Assembly: GCA_964480345.1 (NCBI GenBank)
Contig: CAYZNW010000002.1
Coordinates: forward strand, 524 to 64,523
Length of the DNA stretch: 64,000 nucleotides
From: an uncultured Candidatus Saccharibacteria bacterium
Lineage (GTDB): Bacteria; Patescibacteriota; Dojkabacteria; SC72
Direction: 5' to 3'
The notes under the pieces were generated by a model. That model was given only the letters and a program-made list of their open reading frames with translations, was not told where the DNA came from and searched no databases. Below are positions 1-9,692 of this stretch, in pieces (position 1 is the first letter of the stretch; each line of letters starts with the position of its first letter). The translations under genes and the position numbers were made by a program.

Positions 1-49
1 GATTCATTATGGTAAAAATATCCTTCTTCCGTCCTTTGTAATTCCATAT

Positions 50-736
50 ATGATTACAAAAGAAGTTGGGAAGATAGACTTTGATTTAAGGTATGACCTA
101 GCAGAAAAGGATTATATGAATTCAGGACAGAGTATAAGATTTCATACAAAGGAATTTGAGTTCATTCTTTATGATAAAAAGAAAGACTTAGAAAAGGCTA
201 AGAATGGCGAAAAAAGCATAGAGAATGATTCGGATGTACAGCTAAACCTTTTTGAGAAGTTCATTCCGAAGAAGTCATTTGAGATATTGAGAATTGAAGC
301 AAGATTAAACACTACGAAGAGAATAAAGAAAGAGCTAAATCTTGAACAAAAAGATTTAATTTTTAAGAGATTATTTAAATCAGAAATCGCATTAGGGGTA
401 TTGAATAAATATTGGAATATAATTATGGAGAATTATCAGTTAATGAATTTTGATATAGATAATAAGGAAAAGTTTTTGGCTAGTTTTATAATAAATAATA
501 AAGATACAAAGATAACATCTGCATTATCAGCATATGCTTTTTTAGAATTTACAAAGGAATTAGGTATAAGAAGATTTAGAAAACTTCTTGAGCATAAGTA
601 TGATAAAAGATCGTGGTACTCATTAAAGTCTAGAATTAGCAGTTATAATTTAAAGAAAATCCCGTCTAAACAGATAGAATATGTTTCTGAATATTTACAT
701 AGTTACGAACCTATATATCTGAAAGACTTTCAGTAA
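50..736 (+). CDS. hypothetical protein, possibly 5'-truncated by the window edge
   Basis: ORF track. The same frame is open from position 2 up to the ATG at 50, so the protein may start upstream of the window. Lys/Glu-rich with no recognisable motif. It lies directly upstream of the R-M controller-like gene. Confidence 0.4.
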   Translation: MITKEVGKIDFDLRYDLAEKDYMNSGQSIRFHTKEFEFILYDKKKDLEKAKNGEKSIENDSDVQLNLFEKFIPKKSFEILRIEARLNTTKRIKKELNLEQKDLIFKRLFKSEIALGVLNKYWNIIMENYQLMNFDIDNKEKFLASFIINNKDTKITSALSAYAFLEFTKELGIRRFRKLLEHKYDKRSWYSLKSRISSYNLKKIPSKQIEYVSEYLHSYEPIYLKDFQ

Positions 737-782
737 ATCTGTTGCAAAATATTCAAATTATCTTTAATATGTATTTCATAAT

Positions 783-1022
783 ATGGAAACTGTTACCATG
801 TACCTATCTGAAGCATTAAAGACAACTAGGGTAAGGCAGAATTTAACACAAAAAGAGTTGTCTAGGATGTCAGGAATTAGCTATTCCACTATTACAAAAA
901 TTGAGACTGGGGTTATTACCAATCCTAGCTTTTTTCTTGTTGTTAAATTATGTCAGGCATTAGAAATAACTACTGACAATTTACTTAAACTAATTACAAA
1001 TTATGATGGCAAAACAAAGTGA
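783..1022 (+). CDS. XRE-family helix-turn-helix transcriptional regulator (candidate R-M controller 'C protein')
   Basis: 79 aa. Classic Cro/C1 HTH (LTQKELSRMSGISYSTITKIETG). Its 3' end overlaps the start of the mod gene, as is typical for C-protein/MTase arrangements. Confidence 0.7.
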   Translation: METVTMYLSEALKTTRVRQNLTQKELSRMSGISYSTITKIETGVITNPSFFLVVKLCQALEITTDNLLKLITNYDGKTK

Positions 1023-2955
1023 ACCTCAGAGTATATCTCCAATTAAAGGAAGACCAATGCTTCAATGGACTGGAAAGAAGCCTTTAGAATCAATTGAATA
1101 TTTTCCTGCACAAGAGAAAGAAATGTATGGAGATTTAGATGCTAAGGAATTTAACAAGCTATTCTGGGGTGATAACTTACAAGTTTTGTCACATTTGCTA
1201 AAAGAATATAGAGGCAAAATTAATATGATATACATAGATCCACCTTTTGATAGTAAGGCTGAATATGTAAAGAAGATTAAAATTAGAGATAAACAATATC
1301 AAGGACAAAATCAAAGTCTACTTGAAGAGAAGCAATATACAGATATATGGGAAAATGATGAGTATCTTCAATTTATGTATGAAAGATTGGTAATATTAAG
1401 AGAATTGCTTGATGATACAGGGTATTGCTATTTACATGTTGATCCTATCAAAGGTCATTACTTGAAATTAATTATGGATGAGATTTTTGGCCCTGAGAAT
1501 TTTGTAAATCAAATTATATGGAAGAGAACTTTTTCTCATGGTGATGTTGGTCAAGGTGCTGAGCATATGGGAAGGTTGCATGACATGATTCTTTTCTATA
1601 GAAAAACACCTTCTGCTAAATTAAATATTTTATATACACCTTACACCAAGAAATACTTAAAAGATTTTTATAAATATGAAGATGATAAAGGAATTTATCG
1701 TTTAGTATCCCTTCTTGGTCCTGGAGGAGCTTCAAAGGGAAATCCCTACTATGAATTTTTAGGAGTAAGTAGATATTGGGTACATTCAAAAGAAAAAATG
1801 GAAAAGTTATATAAACAGGGTTTAATAGTTCAGACTAAACCAGGTTCTGTTCCTCAAAAGAAGAGATATTTAAACAATTCAAAAGGTGTTCCATTACAAG
1901 ATATATGGACAGATTTAAATCCTGTTCAAGGTTCAAGTTTAGAGAATTTCGGTTATCCAACTCAGAAACCAGAAGCTTTATTAGAAAGAATAATTTCTAC
2001 ATCTTCGGCTAAAGGTGGTTTGGTTCTTGATTGCTTCTGTGGAGGTGGTACTACATTAGCAGTAGCTCAAAAATTAGGAAGAAGATGGATAGGTTGTGAT
2101 ATTAACCTAGGTGCTATTCAAACTACAACAAAGAGATTAAATCAAATTCTTGAAGAACAGAAACAAAAGAAACTTCTTGATAAATCTCAAGGTCTATCTG
2201 CTTTTAAAGTCTACAATGTGAATGATTATGAAATCTTTAAGAATGAAATAGAATCTAAAGAAATCATAATGGAAATGTATGGAGTTGAACCTATTAAACA
2301 AAGCTATTTTGATGGTGTATTAGATCAAAATTTAGTCAAGGTAATGCCTCTCAATAGAGTCTTAAACAAAATGGATGTAGAAAATCTATTAAAAGAAATA
2401 AGTAAATCCACAGATCAATTTACACCTAAAACAACAACATCTAAGGAAGAAGAGACCTATGAGGAAGGGGTTTTAATTATAGCTTCAGGTGTTGAATTAG
2501 ATGCTCAAAATTATTTGAGGAAGGAAAACAAAACTGGAGTAAAAGTTGAAATAAGAGATATTCAAGCAGATAAAAAGAACCTTTTGTTCAAAAAACCAAC
2601 AGAAGCAGAAGTTGAGGTTCATACTGTTGAAAATAAGGCAATTGTCTCTGTCAAGGACTTCTACTCTCCTATTCTTGTTCAAAAGTTAGAGCTAGAAAAT
2701 GAAAAACAACTAAATCCTAAAGGTAAAGTTGTAATAGAAGATTTTAAACAAATTATTGACTCTGTATGTATTGATATAAATTACAATGGAAAACTATTTA
2801 ATGCAGAGATAATGGATATACCAGATAAGAAAAACCTTGTTAGTGCTACATATGAACATGAGTACACATCAAAAGGAAAATATACATTGGCAATAAAGAT
2901 AGTAGATGTCTTAGGTGAAGAATACTTTGAAACATTTGATATTAGTATTAAATAA
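1003..2955 (+). CDS. mod: Type III restriction-modification system methyltransferase (Mod), beta-class amino-MTase
   Basis: Motif IV IYIDPPF (DPPF) lies N-terminal to motif I DCFCGGGTT (FxGxG), which is the beta-class order. It is immediately followed, 2 bp after its stop, by a helicase/endonuclease res gene. Has an extra roughly 250-aa C-terminal region. Confidence 0.75.
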   Translation: MMAKQSEPQSISPIKGRPMLQWTGKKPLESIEYFPAQEKEMYGDLDAKEFNKLFWGDNLQVLSHLLKEYRGKINMIYIDPPFDSKAEYVKKIKIRDKQYQGQNQSLLEEKQYTDIWENDEYLQFMYERLVILRELLDDTGYCYLHVDPIKGHYLKLIMDEIFGPENFVNQIIWKRTFSHGDVGQGAEHMGRLHDMILFYRKTPSAKLNILYTPYTKKYLKDFYKYEDDKGIYRLVSLLGPGGASKGNPYYEFLGVSRYWVHSKEKMEKLYKQGLIVQTKPGSVPQKKRYLNNSKGVPLQDIWTDLNPVQGSSLENFGYPTQKPEALLERIISTSSAKGGLVLDCFCGGGTTLAVAQKLGRRWIGCDINLGAIQTTTKRLNQILEEQKQKKLLDKSQGLSAFKVYNVNDYEIFKNEIESKEIIMEMYGVEPIKQSYFDGVLDQNLVKVMPLNRVLNKMDVENLLKEISKSTDQFTPKTTTSKEEETYEEGVLIIASGVELDAQNYLRKENKTGVKVEIRDIQADKKNLLFKKPTEAEVEVHTVENKAIVSVKDFYSPILVQKLELENEKQLNPKGKVVIEDFKQIIDSVCIDINYNGKLFNAEIMDIPDKKNLVSATYEHEYTSKGKYTLAIKIVDVLGEEYFETFDISIK

Positions 2956-2957
2956 TT

Positions 2958-5498
2958 ATGACTACCCTACTCTTAGAAAAACTCAAAAACAAAGTAGAAT
3001 CTTGGAAGTCAGAAGGTTATCCTGGCATAACATCTGAGACAAGAAAAATCCTTAATCATATTTATAAAGTAAATTACCTTTATAGACCTCAGAAAGAAGC
3101 ATTTGAAACATATGTTTATATTAAGGAAATACTAGCGAATAAAACTACTTCAGATATTATCCCTTCTCTTTATGAATCAGATAGAGAGTTAATAGAAAGC
3201 CTCTCAATATCATCAGAAGAGAAAGTAGATCTAGCATATGATCCAAAAAGAGATGAGAAGATAAAAGAACTTATTGAAAAACAATATGGTCAATTTGCTT
3301 ACCCTAATCAAGTATATGCATTGACAATGGGTGCAGGTAAAACTCTATTGATGGGTACATTAGTAATGTATGAATTTATTTTGTCATCTCAGTATCCTGA
3401 AGACCCTAAATTTGCTAAGAATATACTTGTCTTTGCTCCTGATACAACCATTATTGAGAGCTTAAAAGAAATAAAATCTTTTGATTACAGAATTGTTGTT
3501 CCAAAAGAATATGAAAATGTTGTGCTAAATATAAAATATCACTATTTAGAGACACCTGACACACCTGTAAACCTAGTTGGAAATTACAATATTATTGTTT
3601 CAAATTCTCAGAAGATTATTCTTAAAAAGAAAAATAATGTTTTGAAGTCTGGACAAATCCTATTAAATGAAGCTGATAGAAATAAACAATTCCATAAAAA
3701 TTTAAGAAGAGAAGCTATAAGAAGACTTTCCAATCTAGCTATATTTGTAGATGAAGCTCATCACTCTTATGGCTCAAATCTTGATAAAACATTGAAAAGG
3801 ACAAGACAAACAATAAAATATTTAAATGAAGAAGGTAAAACACCTTTAGTAAATGTTGTTAATCTTACTGGAACACCTTATGTAAACAACAATCTCATAA
3901 GTGATGTTGTATATCACTTTGGATTAAAACAAGGTATTGAAGAAGGGATTTTAAAGCAAGTGAAATTCAAAGATTATGATAATGTAAAGTCAGAGGAATT
4001 TGTTTCAGATGTTGTAGATGAATTTTTAGACAAATACAGTAATATTAAATTAGAAGGTAAATTACCCAAGATAGCCTTTTATTCAAGTAACATAGAAGAT
4101 CTACAACAGAATCTAAGACCAGCATTAGAAAAAGTATTAACAAGTAAGGGTATATCTATAGATACAATCCTTGAATATCACACAAAGAAGGAAGAAAACA
4201 AAGAAGAATTTATTAAGTTGGATACTGAAGAAAGCAAAAAACAATATATCCTTCTAGTAGGTAAAGGTACAGAAGGATGGAATGTTCGTTCTCTAGTGGC
4301 TACAGCTCTCTACAGGAAGCCTACAAGCTCTATCTTTGTCCTTCAGGCTTCTACAAGGTGTATGAGGTCAATAGGAGACAATTCAACCCCTGCTACAATC
4401 TTCTTATCCAATGAAAATGCAACAATTCTAGAAAAAGAGTTGCAAAAGAACTTTGCAGTTACTAGGGCTGATTTAGAAAGGCAAGATATAGAAAAAGTTG
4501 ATTTAGAATTAAATGTTTTAAAAAAGAAGAAAGTTAAAGTTAAAAAAGTTCTTAAAGAGATTGTAAGTATAGAGAAAAAAGAACCTAAAGATATTACTCT
4601 TAAATCAATTGATGATTATGCTTCTGGTATTAAGGGAAGTGTTATTACTGAAGGTGGTATCTTATTGGATAAGGATAATAAGACAGCATACATTCAAACT
4701 AAATCCAAGAAAGAAAAGAAATGGGAGAAATCTTCAATTTCACCTTATCATCTAATTTCTAATCTATCTATTAGAACTCACCTGCCTTGCTTGAGCATTA
4801 AAGAGATCTTGGAAAATAATGATTTAAAAATAGATGATATAGAAAAGCTTAACACTAAAAATTATGATGATATTCTGAACCTAATATCACAAGATATTAC
4901 AAATCAGATTTTTGAGTATAAAGAGAACAAAACTGTTATTGAGGAAGAATTGGAATTAACAAAGAACTTCCCATTTAAGTTATCTAGAGATATAGGAAAA
5001 AGTAAGTTAGTAGTATACAAAGCGGAGGGAGATGATTCAAGATTAGGTTTTCATATAAACCCCTATTCCTTTGATACAGATGATGAAAAGGATCTTTTCT
5101 TATTCTTAAGTGAGACTTTAGAACCTAATGAGGTTATAACAGATGTTTATTTTACAGGGAATATAACTGATTCATCTCATACAGATTTCTATTTTGAATA
5201 TTGGAATCCAACCAAGGAAAAAATAAGTAGATATTTCCCAGACTTTTTGATTGAAACTAGTAAGGGTAGATTTCTTGTTATTGAAGTAAAAGGTGACCAG
5301 GAAAGAACTACATATCAACAAAATAAAGAGATGTTTGAGAAAGGTGAGAAGAAAATCTTTGATGAGGTATATGCAAAAGAATTAGGTTTCAAAGATTTTC
5401 AACAGGAGAATAAGAATTTTGATTATCACATAATATTTAATGCCAAATTACAGCAAAGGCAAAAAGAGTTGTTGGGTAAGATAAATTCAAACATATAA
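2958..5498 (+). CDS. res: Type III restriction enzyme Res subunit (SF2 DEAH helicase + C-terminal PD-ExK nuclease)
   Basis: Walker A MGAGKTLL, DEAH box FVDEAHHS and motif III LTGTP. C-terminal nuclease motif YFPDFLIETSKGRFLVIEVKG (PD...EVK). Gene order mod-res. Confidence 0.75.
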   Translation: MTTLLLEKLKNKVESWKSEGYPGITSETRKILNHIYKVNYLYRPQKEAFETYVYIKEILANKTTSDIIPSLYESDRELIESLSISSEEKVDLAYDPKRDEKIKELIEKQYGQFAYPNQVYALTMGAGKTLLMGTLVMYEFILSSQYPEDPKFAKNILVFAPDTTIIESLKEIKSFDYRIVVPKEYENVVLNIKYHYLETPDTPVNLVGNYNIIVSNSQKIILKKKNNVLKSGQILLNEADRNKQFHKNLRREAIRRLSNLAIFVDEAHHSYGSNLDKTLKRTRQTIKYLNEEGKTPLVNVVNLTGTPYVNNNLISDVVYHFGLKQGIEEGILKQVKFKDYDNVKSEEFVSDVVDEFLDKYSNIKLEGKLPKIAFYSSNIEDLQQNLRPALEKVLTSKGISIDTILEYHTKKEENKEEFIKLDTEESKKQYILLVGKGTEGWNVRSLVATALYRKPTSSIFVLQASTRCMRSIGDNSTPATIFLSNENATILEKELQKNFAVTRADLERQDIEKVDLELNVLKKKKVKVKKVLKEIVSIEKKEPKDITLKSIDDYASGIKGSVITEGGILLDKDNKTAYIQTKSKKEKKWEKSSISPYHLISNLSIRTHLPCLSIKEILENNDLKIDDIEKLNTKNYDDILNLISQDITNQIFEYKENKTVIEEELELTKNFPFKLSRDIGKSKLVVYKAEGDDSRLGFHINPYSFDTDDEKDLFLFLSETLEPNEVITDVYFTGNITDSSHTDFYFEYWNPTKEKISRYFPDFLIETSKGRFLVIEVKGDQERTTYQQNKEMFEKGEKKIFDEVYAKELGFKDFQQENKNFDYHIIFNAKLQQRQKELLGKINSNI

Positions 5499-5501
5499 AA
5501 G

Positions 5502-6995
5502 GTGAGAACAATTCTCTTAGCAAGAGTCTCAACATATGAACAAGAGACTATTCAACAGATAACAAAATTAAAGGAATATATTAACTCAAGACCTGAGCTA
5601 ACACTTGCAAAGGAAGATATTTTTGATTTTGATGAAAGTGCTCACAAGGATCTTTCTCAGAGAAAAAAGTTTAATGAAGTATTAGAAACAATTGCACGGG
5701 CAAGTGAGAAAATAGCAGTTTGTTCTGACAAAATTGATAGAATGACAAGAGATTTTCTTACTTTCTTACCAGTAATTGATCGTCTTAGAAAAAAGGACAA
5801 GGTTGAACTACACTTCCCTGGTGATAATTTAATACTCAACAATGAATCTCCTGCTGGAGATTTATTTAGGTTTAATATGGGTGTAAGTTTGGCTCAATAT
5901 TACTCAGATTCAATAAGTGATGGAGTTAAGAGAAAAATTGCTTACAAGATTAGAGAAGGAGAGATTCTTACCCTTGCCCCATTTGGATATAAGAATGTTC
6001 GTGTTGGAGATACTGAAGAAAGAACTGTAGTGGTAGATGAATATGAGGCACAGATTGTTCTTAAATTGTTTCAACTTTATTCAACAGGTGCTTATTCCTA
6101 TTCTGACTTAAAGAAATTAGTATATGAAGAATACAATGTAGAGCTTGGAGATAAGGATAACAGAGGTAAATCATCAATTGGGAACATATTAACCAACAAA
6201 TTTTATATTGGGATTGCAACTTACAAAAAGAAAAACCTTCAATATCAACATAAATATGAGACCATAGTTCCTGATTATTTATTTAACAAAGTGAGTGAAA
6301 TAAGGGAATCTAGGACTCTCAGCAAGGGTAGAGGTAAGACAAGTAAGAAGGATTTCCTTTATGGTAACACTATCAAATGCTCGGTTTGTGGTTATTCAAT
6401 TACTCCTGAAGAACATAGAGGTAAAGCTAGTTATAAATGTACTGAATATGGAGGTAAGCATGGTGCAAAATATGTACAAGAAAAAGTGTTAGATGAGCAA
6501 TTTAGAAAGGCATTTGAAAGGTTGACATTGCCACAGAAGAAAGCAGAAAAGTTAATTGATGATCTTAGAAAGATAAATGATGTAAATTACTATATTGCAG
6601 AAGGGACATTGGAGAAGCTGTATGAGAAGAAGGATACAATTAAGAAAATGAAATCAAAATTGTATGATGACTATGCCTCTGGTAAGCCAGGTATTACTAA
6701 TGATTTCTATGAAGAAAAGATAAGACAGTATGATTTAGATACTGCTGAGATAGATGAAAAAATTAAAAGAGTTGAGAAAGTAGAAAGTTCCTTTTATGTA
6801 ACAGCAGGATACATTATAGAGCTAACCAAGAATAGTTCTAAACTATTTGAAGTTTCAAAAGAAGAAGAAAGAAGGCTATTGATTAAGACAGTACTTCTGA
6901 ACATAACATGGGATGGAGAAAAGCTTTATTATGACTATAATTCTCCCTTTGATTTGATAGTAAAATTGAATGAAAGTACAGACTGGGGTGTATAA
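5502..6995 (+). CDS. large serine recombinase (resolvase/integrase family)
   Basis: The N-terminus LLARVSTYEQ contains the catalytic Ser motif of serine recombinases. 497 aa, with a C-terminal zinc-ribbon-like CSVCGYS...YKCTEYGG segment typical of large serine recombinases. Starts with GTG at 5502. Confidence 0.75.
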   Translation: MRTILLARVSTYEQETIQQITKLKEYINSRPELTLAKEDIFDFDESAHKDLSQRKKFNEVLETIARASEKIAVCSDKIDRMTRDFLTFLPVIDRLRKKDKVELHFPGDNLILNNESPAGDLFRFNMGVSLAQYYSDSISDGVKRKIAYKIREGEILTLAPFGYKNVRVGDTEERTVVVDEYEAQIVLKLFQLYSTGAYSYSDLKKLVYEEYNVELGDKDNRGKSSIGNILTNKFYIGIATYKKKNLQYQHKYETIVPDYLFNKVSEIRESRTLSKGRGKTSKKDFLYGNTIKCSVCGYSITPEEHRGKASYKCTEYGGKHGAKYVQEKVLDEQFRKAFERLTLPQKKAEKLIDDLRKINDVNYYIAEGTLEKLYEKKDTIKKMKSKLYDDYASGKPGITNDFYEEKIRQYDLDTAEIDEKIKRVEKVESSFYVTAGYIIELTKNSSKLFEVSKEEERRLLIKTVLLNITWDGEKLYYDYNSPFDLIVKLNESTDWGV

Positions 6996-7130
6996 ATGGA
7001 CCTGGTATGGAAGCTAAAGAGAGTGTTTCTAACAGAAGAAAAAAGATTTACAAATACAGAGATTACGCAAGACGATTAGAGAAAGACTTAGGAAAATCAG
7101 GTTTGAAAATACATGCTGAAGATATAAATT

Positions 7131-7583
7131 TTGAGAGAAAATTCAATGAGTAAATATATGCTAGAAGCAATTAAAGAGGCAAAGAAAGGAATATCGCAAG
7201 GACATGGAGGACCTTTTGGAGCTGTAATTGTTTGCAAAGGAAAGATTGTAGCTAAAGCACATAATACTGTATTGCATGATAAAGATGCTACCTGTCATGC
7301 AGAGATGCAAGCTATTAGGAAGGCCTCTAAAGCATTAAAGAAGTTCGATCTGTCAGGCTGTGAGCTGTATACAACAGGTAAGCCTTGCCCTATGTGTAAG
7401 AGTGCTTTGAAGTGGGCTAAGATTAAGAGTGTATATTTCGGTTGTGATTATAGTGATGCTAAGAGAGTAGGTTTTTCTGAAAAAGATGGTAACAGTAATG
7501 GATATGTTGAGAAAAGGCTCCTTTCTAAAGAGTGTAAGGAGTTGTACTCCGAGTACAAGAAATTGAAAATGCCAAGATATTAA
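7131..7583 (+). CDS. CDA-fold nucleobase deaminase, guanine deaminase (GuaD)-like / TadA-like
   Basis: Zinc-binding motifs HAEMQAIRKA and PCPMCKSAL. GGPFGAVIV and the overall pattern resemble small Bacillus-type guanine deaminases. Confidence 0.6.
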   Translation: MRENSMSKYMLEAIKEAKKGISQGHGGPFGAVIVCKGKIVAKAHNTVLHDKDATCHAEMQAIRKASKALKKFDLSGCELYTTGKPCPMCKSALKWAKIKSVYFGCDYSDAKRVGFSEKDGNSNGYVEKRLLSKECKELYSEYKKLKMPRY

Positions 7584-9692
7584 TTACTTCTTTACATATA
7601 GTTTGATATCCACCACTACTGCTCTCTCTTCAGTCAACATTACTGGATTTATATCCATACTTACTATTTCTGGATAGCTTATTAACATCTTCTGAATTTT
7701 AGATAGTAGCTCTATTAATTTCTCTCTTGCTAGTTTAGGTTTTCCTCTATATCCATCAATGATCATAGATACTCTTGTTTGTGATAGTATTTTATCCATC
7801 ATTTCCTCTCTTTCAGGAACTAATATGTGTTTGATATCTCTATATACCTCTGTAAATATTCCACCTTTACCTACTGCGATGAGATGACCAAATCCACATC
7901 CATCTTTTTCGTAGATATCAGATGATCCCTCTCTGTTAGCTCCTATGAAGATCTCTAATTTACCCTCTATCATTTCTTGTATTAAGATATTTGGAGCTGA
8001 TTTGCCTGTAGTTTTAGATATTACATCTCTTAATTCTTGAAATTTCTCTTCAAATTCTGTAATTGTTCTAATATCTAAAAAGAGTCCTTTGTAATCAGTT
8101 TTATGTGCTAAGTCTTCAGCTGTAGCTTTAATAGCTACAGGGAAATTTAATGATGCAAAATCTCTACCCTGTTCTAAGCTACTGGTTACTAACTGTTTTG
8201 GGTAGTCTATTTTTAATTCATCCATTATGGAAATGGCTAAATCATCTGGTAGTATTACTACCTCCTCCTCTTCGCAATATTCGAGTACTTCTTTTTTATG
8301 TTTTCCTTTCTTTGCTAATTTATCTGAAGACATGGAAATTTCTTTGTTTATTGATGTGTCATACTGAATTAGTTTAGAAAGAAGATGCATACACTCCTGT
8401 ATATCGTTGAAATTTGCAACTTTTGCTTTTTCTAATATTCTGGTTCCAGATTTAATACTTTTGCCGCCTAAGAAGCATGTGAATATTGGTTTAGATGTTC
8501 TTTTACATATGTCAGTTATTACTTCTGCTGTACCTTCAATATCAGTTACAAGTTGTGGTGTAAGAATGACCACTACGGAGTCTACATTAATATCTTCTAA
8601 TACTGTATTGATGGCGTATGCATATCTATCGCTTTTGCCATCTCCTAATACATCTATTGGATTAGAGATGTTAGATTCTTCAGGTAGCTCTTTTATGAGT
8701 TTCTGTTTTGTTTTCTCTCCAAAATCTACAACATCTATATTTTCTTTCTCTGCTCTGTCTACTGCAATGATTCCAGGACCTCCTGCATTGGATACTATTG
8801 CTACTTTGTTTCCTTTAGGTAATATGTCTGATTCTACTAATTCCATTAATTTGAAAAGCTCTTCGGAATTTTCTGCGTGTATTAGATTACCTTTCTTGAT
8901 AGCAGCCATTGTTGTGTCGTAAGATGATGCTAGAGAGCCTGTATGTGATGATATTGCTTCTCTGGACTTCTCAGAGCTTCCTGGGGCTATGATTAATATA
9001 GGTTTTTTGGATTTCTGCACAATGGAGACGAACTCTTTTCCATCAGTAAACTCTTCTAAATATATGGCAATTGCCTTGATTGTAGAGTCATTTATTAAGG
9101 ATGGAAGTAATTCGTTCTCATTTATATCTGCTTTGTTCCCAAGAGATATTATGTGTGAGAATCCTAATCCTTTTTCACATGCCATATCAAGGATAGCTGT
9201 ACAGAACGCTCCAGATTGAGATATGAAAGCTATGTCTCCATCTCCGGGGTTCTCTCTTGCAAATGATATATTTGTCTTATTTCTATTATTTATATATCCC
9301 AAACAGTTTGGCCCTATCAATCTAATCTTTGCATCTTTTAATTTCTGAGTTATTCGATCTTCTAACTCTTTTCCCTCTTTTCCTGTTTCTTTGAATCCTG
9401 CAGAGATGATTACTACTGATTCTACTTTTTTCTGAATACACTGGTCTATTACTGCCTCGACAAATTGTCTAGGTATGGAGATACAGACTAGATCTATATC
9501 ATCTTCTACAGCTTGTACATCTGGGTAAGTTTTTCTTCCTTGTAGCTCTTCATATTTAGGGTTAATAGGGTATATTTTTCCATTGTATCCTCCTGTGATG
9601 AGGTTTCTTAGTAACACAGAGCCTATCTTTTCTACATCAGAAGAGGCTCCTACTATGGCTATAGATTTTGGTGAGAGTATTGGTAGTGTCAT
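7584..9692 (-). CDS. acetyl-CoA synthetase (ADP-forming), fused alpha/beta form (acetate--CoA ligase, ADP-forming)
   Basis: N-terminal CoA-binding pattern KSIAIVGASSDVEKIGSVLLRNL...GKIYPINPKYEELQG...VDLVCISIPRQFV...VVIISAGFKETGKEG. About 700 aa with CoA-ligase and ATP-grasp regions. Confidence 0.8.
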   Translation of the reverse strand: MTLPILSPKSIAIVGASSDVEKIGSVLLRNLITGGYNGKIYPINPKYEELQGRKTYPDVQAVEDDIDLVCISIPRQFVEAVIDQCIQKKVESVVIISAGFKETGKEGKELEDRITQKLKDAKIRLIGPNCLGYINNRNKTNISFARENPGDGDIAFISQSGAFCTAILDMACEKGLGFSHIISLGNKADINENELLPSLINDSTIKAIAIYLEEFTDGKEFVSIVQKSKKPILIIAPGSSEKSREAISSHTGSLASSYDTTMAAIKKGNLIHAENSEELFKLMELVESDILPKGNKVAIVSNAGGPGIIAVDRAEKENIDVVDFGEKTKQKLIKELPEESNISNPIDVLGDGKSDRYAYAINTVLEDINVDSVVVILTPQLVTDIEGTAEVITDICKRTSKPIFTCFLGGKSIKSGTRILEKAKVANFNDIQECMHLLSKLIQYDTSINKEISMSSDKLAKKGKHKKEVLEYCEEEEVVILPDDLAISIMDELKIDYPKQLVTSSLEQGRDFASLNFPVAIKATAEDLAHKTDYKGLFLDIRTITEFEEKFQELRDVISKTTGKSAPNILIQEMIEGKLEIFIGANREGSSDIYEKDGCGFGHLIAVGKGGIFTEVYRDIKHILVPEREEMMDKILSQTRVSMIIDGYRGKPKLAREKLIELLSKIQKMLISYPEIVSMDINPVMLTEERAVVVDIKLYVKK

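Larger units (their letters stand above)
1..6995 (+). mobile_element. putative integrative element / defence island remnant (XRE-C + Type III R-M + large serine recombinase); left boundary outside the window
   Basis: Co-location of a recombinase with an R-M cassette, followed by a switch to housekeeping genes after about 7.1 kb. No att repeats identified. Confidence 0.35.

Noticed and set aside
6996-7079. 27-codon ORF (MDLVWKLKRVFLTEEKRFTNTEITQDD) abutting the recombinase stop
   Set aside because: Too short, no motif, no obvious RBS. More likely non-coding, possibly part of an attachment-site region.
8150-9219. Plus-strand ORFs (8150..8377, 8407..8922, 8989..9219) inside the minus-strand ADP-forming acetyl-CoA synthetase gene. 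Similar antisense ORFs sit inside OFOR, the Cys-rich protein, dnaE, nrdD and other genes.
   Set aside because: They are fully embedded antisense to long, well-supported genes with clear family motifs. Their low-complexity, hydrophobic translations are typical of AT-rich antisense frames.
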